A DNA stretch of 64,000 bases from Candidatus Cloacimonadales bacterium. GTDB taxonomy: Bacteria > Cloacimonadota > Cloacimonadia > Cloacimonadales > DAONDQ01. The stretch covers positions 2,400,001-2,464,000 of the forward strand of contig OY759316.1 of NCBI GenBank assembly GCA_963662275.1. The letters are read 5' to 3'. A program made the position numbers and the translations under genes. Within the stretch, counting starts at the first letter, position 1. Each line of letters starts with the position of its first letter. The notes beneath the pieces were generated by a model. That model was not told the origin of the DNA. It saw only the letters and a list, made by a program, of their open reading frames with translations, and ran no database searches. This document shows, piece after piece, positions 51,369 through 61,428 of this stretch.

Positions 51369-54300
51369 ATGAGTAATAAATTGATTACAATTCTCTTTCT
51401 CTTTTTGGGAATAACAGCTCTTTGTTTTGCACAATCAGTAACTTTAAGTTCACCAGATCAAATAGCTGCAGGTAATGCAACTCAAGGTAATGTAAAACAA
51501 GTTATCTTCCATTTTCACCTGAACCGGGATAATGTTGGTATCATAAATTTAACAGGAGTTAATTTTACTACCGGTGGGAATTATCAAGCCAGTGATTTAA
51601 CCAGGTTTCAATTATGGTTCAGCGGAGCTGATAATATTTCTTCAGCAGTTCAAATCAGCTCTGATATTACCACGAACATGGGACCTGGATCGCATACATT
51701 CTCCTCATTTTCAACCTTACTTGCTGCAAGTTATACTCGATATTTATTTGTAACAGCAGACATTGCACTCAATGCTACCACTTCAAAATATGTGAATGTA
51801 TCCGGATGGTCAACAAGCAACTTCATTGTTAGTTCTGGTGCAAAATCAGGCACAGCTCCGGCAGGAGGGGCGCAAACCATCACTCCTTTTACTACTTTAG
51901 CAACAGACTACTTTCGTTCTAATTCAACAATCGGTAACTGGTCGTCTCCAGGATTCTGGCAATCGTCTCACGATAATATTACCTGGGCAACTGCAACCTT
52001 ATCTCCTTCAAGTACAGCGAATACGATTACTGTTCTCAGTGGTCATTCAGTTAATTTCGATACCAGTATTTCCATAGATCAAACTGTCATCAATGCTGGT
52101 GGGCAAGTAATGATAAGTAATGGCACAACACTTACAATTGCCGATGGTTCAGGCACAGATCTGACTGTGAATGGAACTCTGAGAAATAATGAGGGAATCA
52201 TCATTACATCGGGAATCCTTGCTTTTGGTAGCGGAGGTTTATACCAATGTAATTTTGCATCAATAGTAGGGGTAATTCCAACTGCTACCTGGAACACAAA
52301 TTCAACCTGTGAAATTATTGGTTATACTAACTTTTCTGGCATTCAAACCGGGTTAAGCCAGAATTTTGGTAATTTTAAATGGAATTGTCCAGACCAAACA
52401 GCAAACATCACAGCAAATTCAACACTTCTGACAGTGAAAGGGAATTTGGAAATCGCTGCTGGACAATTTCAATTAACTGCAACAGGTACTCCTTCACTTG
52501 CCTTAGGTGGTGGATTGAATATTTCCGGCGGAACATTGGATATGAGTTCAGGCACTGGAAATGCAGTAATTAATCTTAAGGGTAATTTTACCATGTCTGG
52601 AGGTGTCCTTACTGAAACTGGTTCTGGAGCAGCAAATAATATAAACTTTAGTGGAACAACAGCGCAAGTGATTTCAATCACAGGTCTATCAACCATCAGT
52701 AATACCATTAATTTTGCAGTAAATAGCAGTGCTATAGCGGAGTTTGAAACAGAATCGACAGTTTTAAATGGTTCAATAGGTACTTTTACAGTAAACAGCG
52801 GTTCAACATTGATAATCAGGCATGAAAATGGTATTGCATCCACAGGGAACAACTCTGGTTGTATACAAATAACAGGTACCAGGACATTCAGTTCTACCGC
52901 AACATACTCATTCAAAGGTTATGCAAATCAAGCTACTGGAAATGGATTACCAACGACTATCAGCAACTTAATCGTGAATCATGATGGTGGTGGAGTCACT
53001 TTATCCGGTGCATGTACTGTTACGACTGCATTATCATTATATACTGCTCTTTCAATAGATGCAAACACATTGACACTCAACGGAACGGTACCAGTTCGTA
53101 CAGGTGGGATTATTGGTGGAAATTCTTCAAACTTGGTTATTGGTGGAACTGCCTCCTTAACGATACCTGAAATCAATTCCGGTTTACAGAATTTGACAAT
53201 CAATGGTAACGGCGCAATTACTTTGGGAAACTCAGTTACAATTTATAATATCTTTACCCTCGCTTCATCCGGCAATGGATATTTGAGTGTGGGGAATTAT
53301 ACTTTAACGATTAACGGAACTGCCGTTTTCAATGCGTTAAGCTATGTAAGTGGAGCAGGCAGTTTTGTATTAGCGAGTGGAGCTACCCTTCAAACCCCTA
53401 ATACTTCAGGAATTACATTAAGTGGAACAACAGGAAGCGTTCGAACTACCACGCGTATTTTCAACACAGATTCAAATTATTCCTACAATGGTACTTCGGC
53501 ACAGTTAACCGGAAATGGATTACCGGATACCGTCCATGATCTGACAACCACAAATCTTTATGGAGTTACCATATCTACGTCTTGTATTGTAAATGGAACC
53601 TTTACTCCTTCCGGTGATTTATTTATAGGAAATAATAGTGTCATTACGGTAATGGGAGCAGCTGTTTTTAATACTTTATATTATGTTAGTGATGCTTCAA
53701 GCAGTGCCAGTACTTTTATTCTATCAAGTGGAGCTACCCTTCAAACAGCACATGCTGCAGGTATTACTTCGAGTGGTGCAACCGGCAGTGTACGGACAAC
53801 CGTACGATCTTTCAATTCCAATGCCAATTACACTTATAATGGCACAGTAGCTCAGGTAACAGGTAGCGGATTACCAGCTTCTGTTTTGAATCTAACTGTC
53901 AGTAATGCTGCTGGAGTAACATTATCCGGCTCCTGTGCTGTCAATGGAGTTTTTACACCTTCAACAGGGTATCTAAATGTTGGTAATTATTTACTGAATA
54001 TTAATGGAACAGCCAGATTTAATGCTACAAATTATGTTATCGGTGCTGGTAGTTTTATTTTAGCCAATCATGCTACACTTGAAACAGCGAATGTGAATGG
54101 CATTACAACCAGCGGTGGTGGTAGTGTCCAGACAAATACTCGAATATTCAATACAAATGCTAATTATGTTTTTAATGGCACGACGGCTCAAGTAACAGGA
54201 AATGGGTTACCGGGAACTGTTCGTGATTTGACTGCCAGTAATATTGCAGCGCTTACTTTATCAGGTTCCTGTAATGTTAATGGCACATTTACACAATCTG

Positions 54301-56180
54301 TTGGGAATTTGGATGTTAATATTTATGCCCTAACGATTAATAACACAGCAATATTCAATTCCAGCAATTATGTGTTTGGGGCAGGTAGTTTTGCTTTATC
54401 CAATGGAGCTATACTGCAGACTTCCAATGTTGATGGTATTAACATGCCACCGGCAAACACCGGTAGTGTACGAACAACATCACGTTCTTTTGACATAGGG
54501 GCGAATTATACTTATAGTGGAAGTTCCACTCAGTACAGTGGAAATGGTTATCCGGATCTATGTACTGGAACATTACAAGTTAGTAAATCGAATAGTGCTT
54601 CGTTCTATCTGAGTACATCACGCACAATTGGCACAAACGGTAAAATCAATTTAGCTTTAGGTACATTCGCTGCAAGTACTTCATTAACTATGGGTACAGG
54701 ATCATCCATAATAAGGAATGCAGGTTATTTGAGCGGTACAATCCAAGGTAATAATGCATATTCAGTGACTTATATAGGAAACAGTAAAGCAACTGGAAAT
54801 GAGCTTTCGGGTAGCGGACTTGGAAACATTACGATTGATTTGAATAGTGGAAATACAATAACACTAAATCGCAACTTAATTGTAGATGATTTGGAAGTGC
54901 TTAGTTTTTTGCAGGGATCCCTGGCTTTATCGAATTTCAACCTTACAATGAATGGAAGCTACAGTGGAGCGAATCAGTTCATCTATAACGGAACAGGATC
55001 ATTGAATGGGAATAACGTAGGTTCCAATGCTTGCATTAGACTGACAGTTGTATCACCTTCTTCATTACCCGTTAATGTAAATATTCTTGAAGTCAATCCT
55101 GGCGAAGGGAATACTATCACTCTTCCGGGAGATGTTTCAACAGCTACACTGCTGATTACCGATGGAAGTTTAGGATTAAATAGTCATATTTTAACACTTG
55201 CAGGGAAAGATTTTGCGTTACAAGGCTCCAATAGCATTTCTGCTCTCGATGTTAATATGACCTCAACATCGCATACATATAATGGATATCCAAGCTTAGC
55301 ACATACCTGGCAGACCAGTGGAATTTTTAGCGGAGCATTAAGCATCATCTTTTCATATCCTTCATCATTATCTACATCTTCGGTAATGACAGTCTTGAAT
55401 AGAGATCATGTAGTTGTAGAAAGCAACTGGAACAATGTCGTTACTTTAAGTTCAGTCTTATATGAATCTAATTATTCAATCACATTACATAATATAACTA
55501 CCTTGAATGGAGCAAAAAAAGGTGACCTGGATTGGACACTTATAGAACCTGATCAGGATTTACCAGTCGAATTGACTTCCTTTCAAGCACACATAACTCA
55601 GGATCTCTTTGTGAAACTGCAATGGATGACACAATCCGAAACAAATCTGACAGGCTATAACGTATTTCGTTCATTGAACGAAGACGTAAATTCAGCGATG
55701 CAGGTGAATTCATATCTTATACCTGCAACAAACACTTCTGTAACTCATACATATGATTTTCAGGATACGAATGTTACCAGTGATAATACGTATTACTATT
55801 GGTTACAGCATATTGATCATGCTGGGATAGTTGGTTATTTCGGACCGGTATCAATTACGGTAAATAGCAATGAAATTGAAAATCCATCTCCTATTATTCC
55901 TTTGACTACAGGTCTTAATGCGCTGTATCCAAATCCATTTACCGGAAACACAATCATTCGATATTATCTGAGCAAAGACATTTCGACTACAATCGATATT
56001 TATAATACGAAAGGTCAGTTGGTTCGTTCTTTCCCAAATACAGCCAAGACAGCAGGTAACCAATCACTGGCGTGGGATGGATTTGATAATAACGGAAGGA
56101 CTTGCAGTTCAGGTATCTATCTCGTCAGAATGTTAGCTGGTAAAGATCATTCCTATCTCAAGGCTACTCTTATTAAGTAA
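51369..56180 (+). CDS. Giant repetitive beta-helical surface protein B, tandem paralogue of A
   Basis: ATG at 51369 gives signal peptide MSNKLITILFLFLG; shares TDYFRSN, STCEIIGY and KGDLDWTL.EPDQDLPVELTSF with A. Confidence 0.9.
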   Translation: MSNKLITILFLFLGITALCFAQSVTLSSPDQIAAGNATQGNVKQVIFHFHLNRDNVGIINLTGVNFTTGGNYQASDLTRFQLWFSGADNISSAVQISSDITTNMGPGSHTFSSFSTLLAASYTRYLFVTADIALNATTSKYVNVSGWSTSNFIVSSGAKSGTAPAGGAQTITPFTTLATDYFRSNSTIGNWSSPGFWQSSHDNITWATATLSPSSTANTITVLSGHSVNFDTSISIDQTVINAGGQVMISNGTTLTIADGSGTDLTVNGTLRNNEGIIITSGILAFGSGGLYQCNFASIVGVIPTATWNTNSTCEIIGYTNFSGIQTGLSQNFGNFKWNCPDQTANITANSTLLTVKGNLEIAAGQFQLTATGTPSLALGGGLNISGGTLDMSSGTGNAVINLKGNFTMSGGVLTETGSGAANNINFSGTTAQVISITGLSTISNTINFAVNSSAIAEFETESTVLNGSIGTFTVNSGSTLIIRHENGIASTGNNSGCIQITGTRTFSSTATYSFKGYANQATGNGLPTTISNLIVNHDGGGVTLSGACTVTTALSLYTALSIDANTLTLNGTVPVRTGGIIGGNSSNLVIGGTASLTIPEINSGLQNLTINGNGAITLGNSVTIYNIFTLASSGNGYLSVGNYTLTINGTAVFNALSYVSGAGSFVLASGATLQTPNTSGITLSGTTGSVRTTTRIFNTDSNYSYNGTSAQLTGNGLPDTVHDLTTTNLYGVTISTSCIVNGTFTPSGDLFIGNNSVITVMGAAVFNTLYYVSDASSSASTFILSSGATLQTAHAAGITSSGATGSVRTTVRSFNSNANYTYNGTVAQVTGSGLPASVLNLTVSNAAGVTLSGSCAVNGVFTPSTGYLNVGNYLLNINGTARFNATNYVIGAGSFILANHATLETANVNGITTSGGGSVQTNTRIFNTNANYVFNGTTAQVTGNGLPGTVRDLTASNIAALTLSGSCNVNGTFTQSVGNLDVNIYALTINNTAIFNSSNYVFGAGSFALSNGAILQTSNVDGINMPPANTGSVRTTSRSFDIGANYTYSGSSTQYSGNGYPDLCTGTLQVSKSNSASFYLSTSRTIGTNGKINLALGTFAASTSLTMGTGSSIIRNAGYLSGTIQGNNAYSVTYIGNSKATGNELSGSGLGNITIDLNSGNTITLNRNLIVDDLEVLSFLQGSLALSNFNLTMNGSYSGANQFIYNGTGSLNGNNVGSNACIRLTVVSPSSLPVNVNILEVNPGEGNTITLPGDVSTATLLITDGSLGLNSHILTLAGKDFALQGSNSISALDVNMTSTSHTYNGYPSLAHTWQTSGIFSGALSIIFSYPSSLSTSSVMTVLNRDHVVVESNWNNVVTLSSVLYESNYSITLHNITTLNGAKKGDLDWTLIEPDQDLPVELTSFQAHITQDLFVKLQWMTQSETNLTGYNVFRSLNEDVNSAMQVNSYLIPATNTSVTHTYDFQDTNVTSDNTYYYWLQHIDHAGIVGYFGPVSITVNSNEIENPSPIIPLTTGLNALYPNPFTGNTIIRYYLSKDISTTIDIYNTKGQLVRSFPNTAKTAGNQSLAWDGFDNNGRTCSSGIYLVRMLAGKDHSYLKATLIK

Positions 56181-56336
56181 TGCAATTCAGATGTTGGATT
56201 TTCATGAAAGCTTACCAAAAATTAGCAAATTACCGATACTGTTCATTGAGTTGTCATCCCCGATATGATCGGGGATCCACACTATATGAAATTGTATCGA
56301 AAACCCGTTTTCTGGGAACAAAAAACCCATTATAAA

Positions 56337-58197
56337 GAGACTGTTCATGAAGTTATTCATAATATTCAATAAGTTAGAAAGTAGCAAGTTGAAAAAAGTG
56401 GTCGAAACGGTCATAATTTAACATACCTTCCAGAATTGACAGATAAGCTCTGCTAAGGACACCAAATCACAAGTTAAGCTTTTTGACTAAAATTGAAAAA
56501 CACGCGATTATAAGTAATGTTTCGAAGCCGTTTCTGACTAAATGTGTAGTTAAAATCATATAAAATAGTTCTTTACAAGTTTTTTGCTATAGCTTCAATG
56601 GCATTTGTTACCTGGTAACAAAAGGGAGGATATTATGACAAAAAAACACTCCAATTCAAGAAGCGGTAAGTGTTAGTCATGAAAGTAACCAATACCATGT
56701 AAGTATTAACGTACCATTTTCATTCACTTTGCCTGAGACAACATCAAACCACAAGTTCTTAATAGCGTTTCTACGCTTATTAGTAGGAATAGGCGGAGAC
56801 AACCTCCTTACACTTCAGCAAATAGCTGATCTGTTTAACTACGCAGACCGCAGGAATGTACATAATTTCTGGCAAGAGTTTGAGCAGCATGGTCATGATA
56901 TCCTGGCATATTTAAGCCGGAAAGTTGACCTGCTGGAGTGTATTCCTCAGATCGAGAATTTTGTTATCAATAACCTGCTTTTACCTTTAAATGTCATGTA
57001 TCAGGAGTTCATCAGCCATCATGATTTTAAAATGTCCTATACCACTTTCTGCAAATATGCTTCTCAGGTCAATTCTCTGTCTGTAGTTAAGCAAGCTCAG
57101 AAGCTTCTTCTGAAAAAGACAGTAGGCGGTGATGCTGTACATCTGCTGAAACTGCTTGCCGGTCAGCAGAATACACCTGTTATCTGTGACAGACTCCTGG
57201 AACAAATGAAGACTGCTAAAGGCAATACATCCCATAGAACCGCCGATGCAAAGCCGTTCCATAGTCTGGAACGCAAGAACCTGTGTCTGCTGGTACATTA
57301 CCTGGTTGGAAGCGGTATGAACTTCGAGACGATAGCTTTGCTGCTCAACACCTGTAAAGCTACAGTCTCAAATCTCTGGCATGAAATCGCTGACCTGCAG
57401 AGCCTGATTCTGAACTCAATCGGTAAGTGGAGCGGAAAGATCAGCATTGATGAGAAATATGTGAAGATCAAAGGTATTCCGTACTATGTCATCAGTATTG
57501 TTGATTTTGTGACTCACATCCCTCTGTTTTGTGAGTTGTATCCTGACACAAAGAAAGAATCATTCGAAGCATGTTTCAGAACCTTCAGACAGCTCTACAG
57601 GAAAGATCCAACCCTGATTGTCAGTGATGGCAGTAAATCGTTAGCAGTTGCAAGAAAAACAGTGTTTCCAAAAGTCCATTACCAACTCTGTAAGTTCCAT
57701 AAGATACGAAATCTCTTCAAAAGAATCAGTCAATGTCATCTCCCTGAAGACAGGGACAAGTTCTTTAAGAAGAGGATTATGAAAGCTTTCCGAAGAGAAA
57801 CGGCGGGCGGAAGGAAAAAGGGTATCGCAAGCCTGACAGCTATTACTCCCCCAACCGCCGCCGAATACATCAAAAGCAATATCATTAGTGATTGGAGACA
57901 CCTCAGCAAAGGTTTGACTTCCAATGTCTCTGAACGCTGGAACCGCAAAATCAAGAAGGTGACATCCGGTAGATTTGGACTAAAATCTGAAGAAACCACC
58001 CGCAACCTTGTGTTTTCGCTTTGGTTCAAAGAACTGGTCGATAAAGGTCAACCAATCATGCGTCAGGAATCACTTTTAGCAAGTTTAAGTATCTCCCGCA
58101 TATGTCAAGAAAATGTGGATTGGTCGCACTTAGACCACTTTTTCTCTGTCACTACCAATAAGGCTGCGTAAAATGGAGGTTAATTTTGAACAGTCTC
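56337..58197 (+). mobile_element. 1861-bp DDE insertion sequence, copy 2, inverted relative to copy 1
   Basis: Same IRs; 8-bp TSD ATTATAAA at 56329-56336 and 58198-58205. Confidence 0.95.
56729..58171 (+). CDS. DDE transposase, copy 2
   Basis: Same translation as copy 1 except LASLSISR versus LASLNISR. Confidence 0.9.
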   Translation: MPETTSNHKFLIAFLRLLVGIGGDNLLTLQQIADLFNYADRRNVHNFWQEFEQHGHDILAYLSRKVDLLECIPQIENFVINNLLLPLNVMYQEFISHHDFKMSYTTFCKYASQVNSLSVVKQAQKLLLKKTVGGDAVHLLKLLAGQQNTPVICDRLLEQMKTAKGNTSHRTADAKPFHSLERKNLCLLVHYLVGSGMNFETIALLLNTCKATVSNLWHEIADLQSLILNSIGKWSGKISIDEKYVKIKGIPYYVISIVDFVTHIPLFCELYPDTKKESFEACFRTFRQLYRKDPTLIVSDGSKSLAVARKTVFPKVHYQLCKFHKIRNLFKRISQCHLPEDRDKFFKKRIMKAFRRETAGGRKKGIASLTAITPPTAAEYIKSNIISDWRHLSKGLTSNVSERWNRKIKKVTSGRFGLKSEETTRNLVFSLWFKELVDKGQPIMRQESLLASLSISRICQENVDWSHLDHFFSVTTNKAA

Positions 58198-58288
58198 ATT
58201 ATAAATATATATCTTTTCAGCAACAAACATCTTGACACCACATTACATCTTTGCTAAATCCTGTATTATATCAAATTAGGAGGATAAT

Positions 58289-61033
58289 ATGAAAAGGTAT
58301 ATCTTTGTAATTCTATCTTTAATAGTATTGAGTAATCTTCTTTCAAATGACAATCACATGAATGTACCCGTTGGACAGGCAATTTACCCAAATTTCATTT
58401 CCAATCATAATCGCGATAACGAACGCCTAGCTCCTGTTTGGACATTCAATAATCTACCGACCAGTATTCTGATGTCTTATAATGATTATATGATTGGTGG
58501 GTATAACAATTTACCTATGCAATTGATACCTGATGCAATGGGAGGAGGATATTTCCTGACTTTTCATGCAAAAAGAACAGCTACTGGGACGAGAAGAGTG
58601 ATTTATTCGTATATTGAACAAAACGGTACCGTACATAATACAAATGACTTAACTACTGATACATATGCTCAAGGATACTCAGCAATGGATATTGATCCTA
58701 TATCAGGAAAACCAATTTATGCCTGGCATTCCCCTGTGGATACAGATACTAGTCAGGAAGTTATGGTTTCTTGGGATAGATTACTTGAGGGTGTTCCAGG
58801 TTCCTTAACTACCCCTGCTTTAATTATTGATAATCCAATCACTATTACTTCACCAAGTGGAATCACTACGACTAACAATGAGTTCAATTGGCCAATTGTC
58901 AAGATCGGACCATCACCTTCTGTTGGAATGCAGCGAGTATATGTTCTTACCCGCAATTATTCAATATATAATTTCACTTCTGAGAATCCATTAATCGCCT
59001 GGGCTGATTTTACTTCTACCATGTTAGAAACAGGATCTCCCTTAGTCTGGAATCAAGTCCATATACCTGTATTAGATGATTGGCATGTTGTCACTGATTG
59101 GAAACAACCTTCTTATGGTTTTACTGTTGGTAATGATGGCAGGATTTATCTGGCAGGTCACCATAAATCCCAAACTCCTGAAGCGGACATGGATGTGTTT
59201 GTCTGTGAAAATTATGGAGAAGGCACATGGCAGCATTACAGTGCTTTCAGTAATTTTCCCAGTTGGAATCCTCCCACTCAAAATGGAGCTGGTCCTGGTT
59301 TTTTTATGAATCCAGTCAATGTTCCCTTTACCGATTCTCAAATGCGATGGAAAATACAAAATGCTCGTAATGTAAACGCCGTCATAGATGATAATGGATT
59401 GATCCATGTTACTGCTATGTGGATGTTGAGCAATTCTAATAATGTCGATTATCCAAGCTTTAATACTATCAAAGAATTCGTTTTTGATACCAATACCCAC
59501 CAGTTCGACATCAGGGAAGTCTATCCAATTGCCGGTACGTCATCCGACAGTTTAAGATGGCAACCTTGGGATGCTGATGGAAATGGAATCGTTGATCAAT
59601 ATGACCAGGCAACCGGTAATCCGCTTATGCGTGATGATTGGAATTTTTGCTATTGGGATGATAATGTTTCTTATATGAGAGATGATTATAATTTTTACAA
59701 AATAACAGAACCCAATGCGCAAGGCTGGATGGCAAGTTTATGGCAGAATTCGTATAAAGCAAGAAGATGCAATTATTATGGCGATTCTCAATATGCAGCT
59801 TATACAACGGTGCCTGAAATTTATATTTCCGTTTCTCCAGATAACGGTCTGAATTGGTCTGAACCGATTATCATCAACTCCGTGGAAACAGCACAATTTA
59901 GCGGGAACAGACCTATGTGGGCTTATCCTTCAGATAAAATAAAATATGAGGGGATAATTAATGGGCACCCGGTTGGAAAACTGGGCTTGATGTATTATCA
60001 TGACTTCACTTGGGGATCTTATAATGGTAGTTCAACAGGACCTGAAGATGGTGGAATTGTGAAGTTTATGACGATTAATATCGAATTCCCGATGCAGGGA
60101 ATTTCTGGTATATCAGGTATTGTCAAGCGCATAGATAATCAGTTGCCAATAGCAAATGCCACGATCACTTCAGGACTATATACGGCAATATCAAATGAAC
60201 AGGGAACTTATGTTATGAACATGCCTGCCGGAAGTTATACTGTAACTGCTTCCGCAGAGGGTTATGTGCCCATGATCGTAAATAATGTTGTAGTTACAAA
60301 TAATCAATCGACCACACTAGATTTTAGCCTGAATGAGATTACGAATCCAGCCACGGAAGTTGTTGCTTCTATCCAAACTGGTAATAGTGCGGTACTTATC
60401 CAATGGGATTCTCCAGTCAGTGGAAGTAATCTGAGCTTTGATTTGGAGAAAAAATTAAAAGACAGCCAGATGATACCCAAATCAAGTGTTGTTAATCTCA
60501 GGGACCGTAACCTGACTGGTTTCAAGATTTGGCTTCTGATAAATGGACAGGAGAATAACGATGAAGCCTGGATATTGATTGGAACTGTACCTGCAACTGA
60601 TAATTCGATAATAGATACAAGCTGGGAAAATCTCGCTGCGAACACCTACCGTTATGCAGTGAAAGCAGTTTATTCAGGGAGTATTCTATCCTCACCCAGT
60701 TTTTCCAATACTGTAATAAAGCCTGTCGTTAATTCAGATCCGAGCAATAGCCCAAGTATTACCAGGATTATATCAGCTTCCCCCAATCCATTTGTCTCAA
60801 CAGTCAGTATAAGCTATGAATTAAAGTCGAATAGCCCAGCTAGACTTGATATTTTCAATATCAATGGACAGCATATAAAGACATTGAATACTGCTCTATC
60901 TCAAAAAGGAATTAACCATATTGTATGGGATGGTACTAATGATAGAGGAGATAAAGTCGGAAGTGGTCTGTATCTCTATAGATTAGATGCTGAGGGTCAA
61001 ATCTTTACAAAGAAAATGATGTTTTTGAAGTAG
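58289..61033 (+). CDS. Secreted protein with carboxypeptidase-regulatory-like domain, FN3-like domain and FlgD-Ig CTD
   Basis: SD AGGAGG; signal peptide; SPDNGLNWSEP (Asp-box-like); GSYTVTASAEGY; SPNPF...WDGTN...SGLYLYRL. Confidence 0.88.
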   Translation: MKRYIFVILSLIVLSNLLSNDNHMNVPVGQAIYPNFISNHNRDNERLAPVWTFNNLPTSILMSYNDYMIGGYNNLPMQLIPDAMGGGYFLTFHAKRTATGTRRVIYSYIEQNGTVHNTNDLTTDTYAQGYSAMDIDPISGKPIYAWHSPVDTDTSQEVMVSWDRLLEGVPGSLTTPALIIDNPITITSPSGITTTNNEFNWPIVKIGPSPSVGMQRVYVLTRNYSIYNFTSENPLIAWADFTSTMLETGSPLVWNQVHIPVLDDWHVVTDWKQPSYGFTVGNDGRIYLAGHHKSQTPEADMDVFVCENYGEGTWQHYSAFSNFPSWNPPTQNGAGPGFFMNPVNVPFTDSQMRWKIQNARNVNAVIDDNGLIHVTAMWMLSNSNNVDYPSFNTIKEFVFDTNTHQFDIREVYPIAGTSSDSLRWQPWDADGNGIVDQYDQATGNPLMRDDWNFCYWDDNVSYMRDDYNFYKITEPNAQGWMASLWQNSYKARRCNYYGDSQYAAYTTVPEIYISVSPDNGLNWSEPIIINSVETAQFSGNRPMWAYPSDKIKYEGIINGHPVGKLGLMYYHDFTWGSYNGSSTGPEDGGIVKFMTINIEFPMQGISGISGIVKRIDNQLPIANATITSGLYTAISNEQGTYVMNMPAGSYTVTASAEGYVPMIVNNVVVTNNQSTTLDFSLNEITNPATEVVASIQTGNSAVLIQWDSPVSGSNLSFDLEKKLKDSQMIPKSSVVNLRDRNLTGFKIWLLINGQENNDEAWILIGTVPATDNSIIDTSWENLAANTYRYAVKAVYSGSILSSPSFSNTVIKPVVNSDPSNSPSITRIISASPNPFVSTVSISYELKSNSPARLDIFNINGQHIKTLNTALSQKGINHIVWDGTNDRGDKVGSGLYLYRLDAEGQIFTKKMMFLK

Positions 61034-61050
61034 TCAAAAAGCAATTCATA

Positions 61051-61095
61051 AAAAGAACGGCTACCGTACAGGCAGCCGTTCTTTATTTTTTTTTG
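61051..61095 (+). terminator. Intrinsic terminator
   Basis: AAAGAACGGCT(A)CC-GTACA-GG(C)AGCCGTTCTTT followed by T-runs. Confidence 0.8.
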
Positions 61096-61182
61096 TTTTT
61101 CGTTTTACAGGTCTTTATTTTTGCCCTTGACAGTCCAGCAGGTATTTGATTTATAGAAATACTTTACGATGGATTGAGGTAT

Positions 61183-61332
61183 ATGAAACAAAATTTAGCT
61201 ACATTTATTCGATTTCACAGTCTTGAAGACCGGTTTTACCAGGTTTTCAGAAAGTATAATCCTGTAGCAAAAAGAGGGTACATACTGGTAGAAGTTTCCG
61301 CTTTTACCTCAACATTGACACCGCTCCACTAA
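61183..61332 (+). CDS. Candidate 49-aa leader ORF upstream of speD
   Basis: SD-like GAGGT then ATG; MKQNLATFIRFHSLEDRFYQVFRKYNPVAKRGYILVEVSAFTSTLTPLH*; TTGACA at 61127. Confidence 0.45.
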   Translation: MKQNLATFIRFHSLEDRFYQVFRKYNPVAKRGYILVEVSAFTSTLTPLH

Positions 61333-61428
61333 TCAATTTCACTTTTACGTCTGTTAATTTGTGTATCATTCCCCAGGCTTATTGCCTAAATTTAACACAC
61401 CTAAGTTATTGATATGGAGACAAGAAAA

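Noticed and set aside
36871..58197. Composite transposon carrying the pullulanase and giant surface proteins
   Set aside because: Each IS copy has its own distinct TSD, and the outer flanks (TAATAAAG versus ATTATAAA) do not match.
61183..61332. Homology of the speD leader ORF to the plant AdoMetDC uORF
   Set aside because: The resemblance is limited to HSLEDR versus YSIEDVR as recalled, too short to be meaningful.
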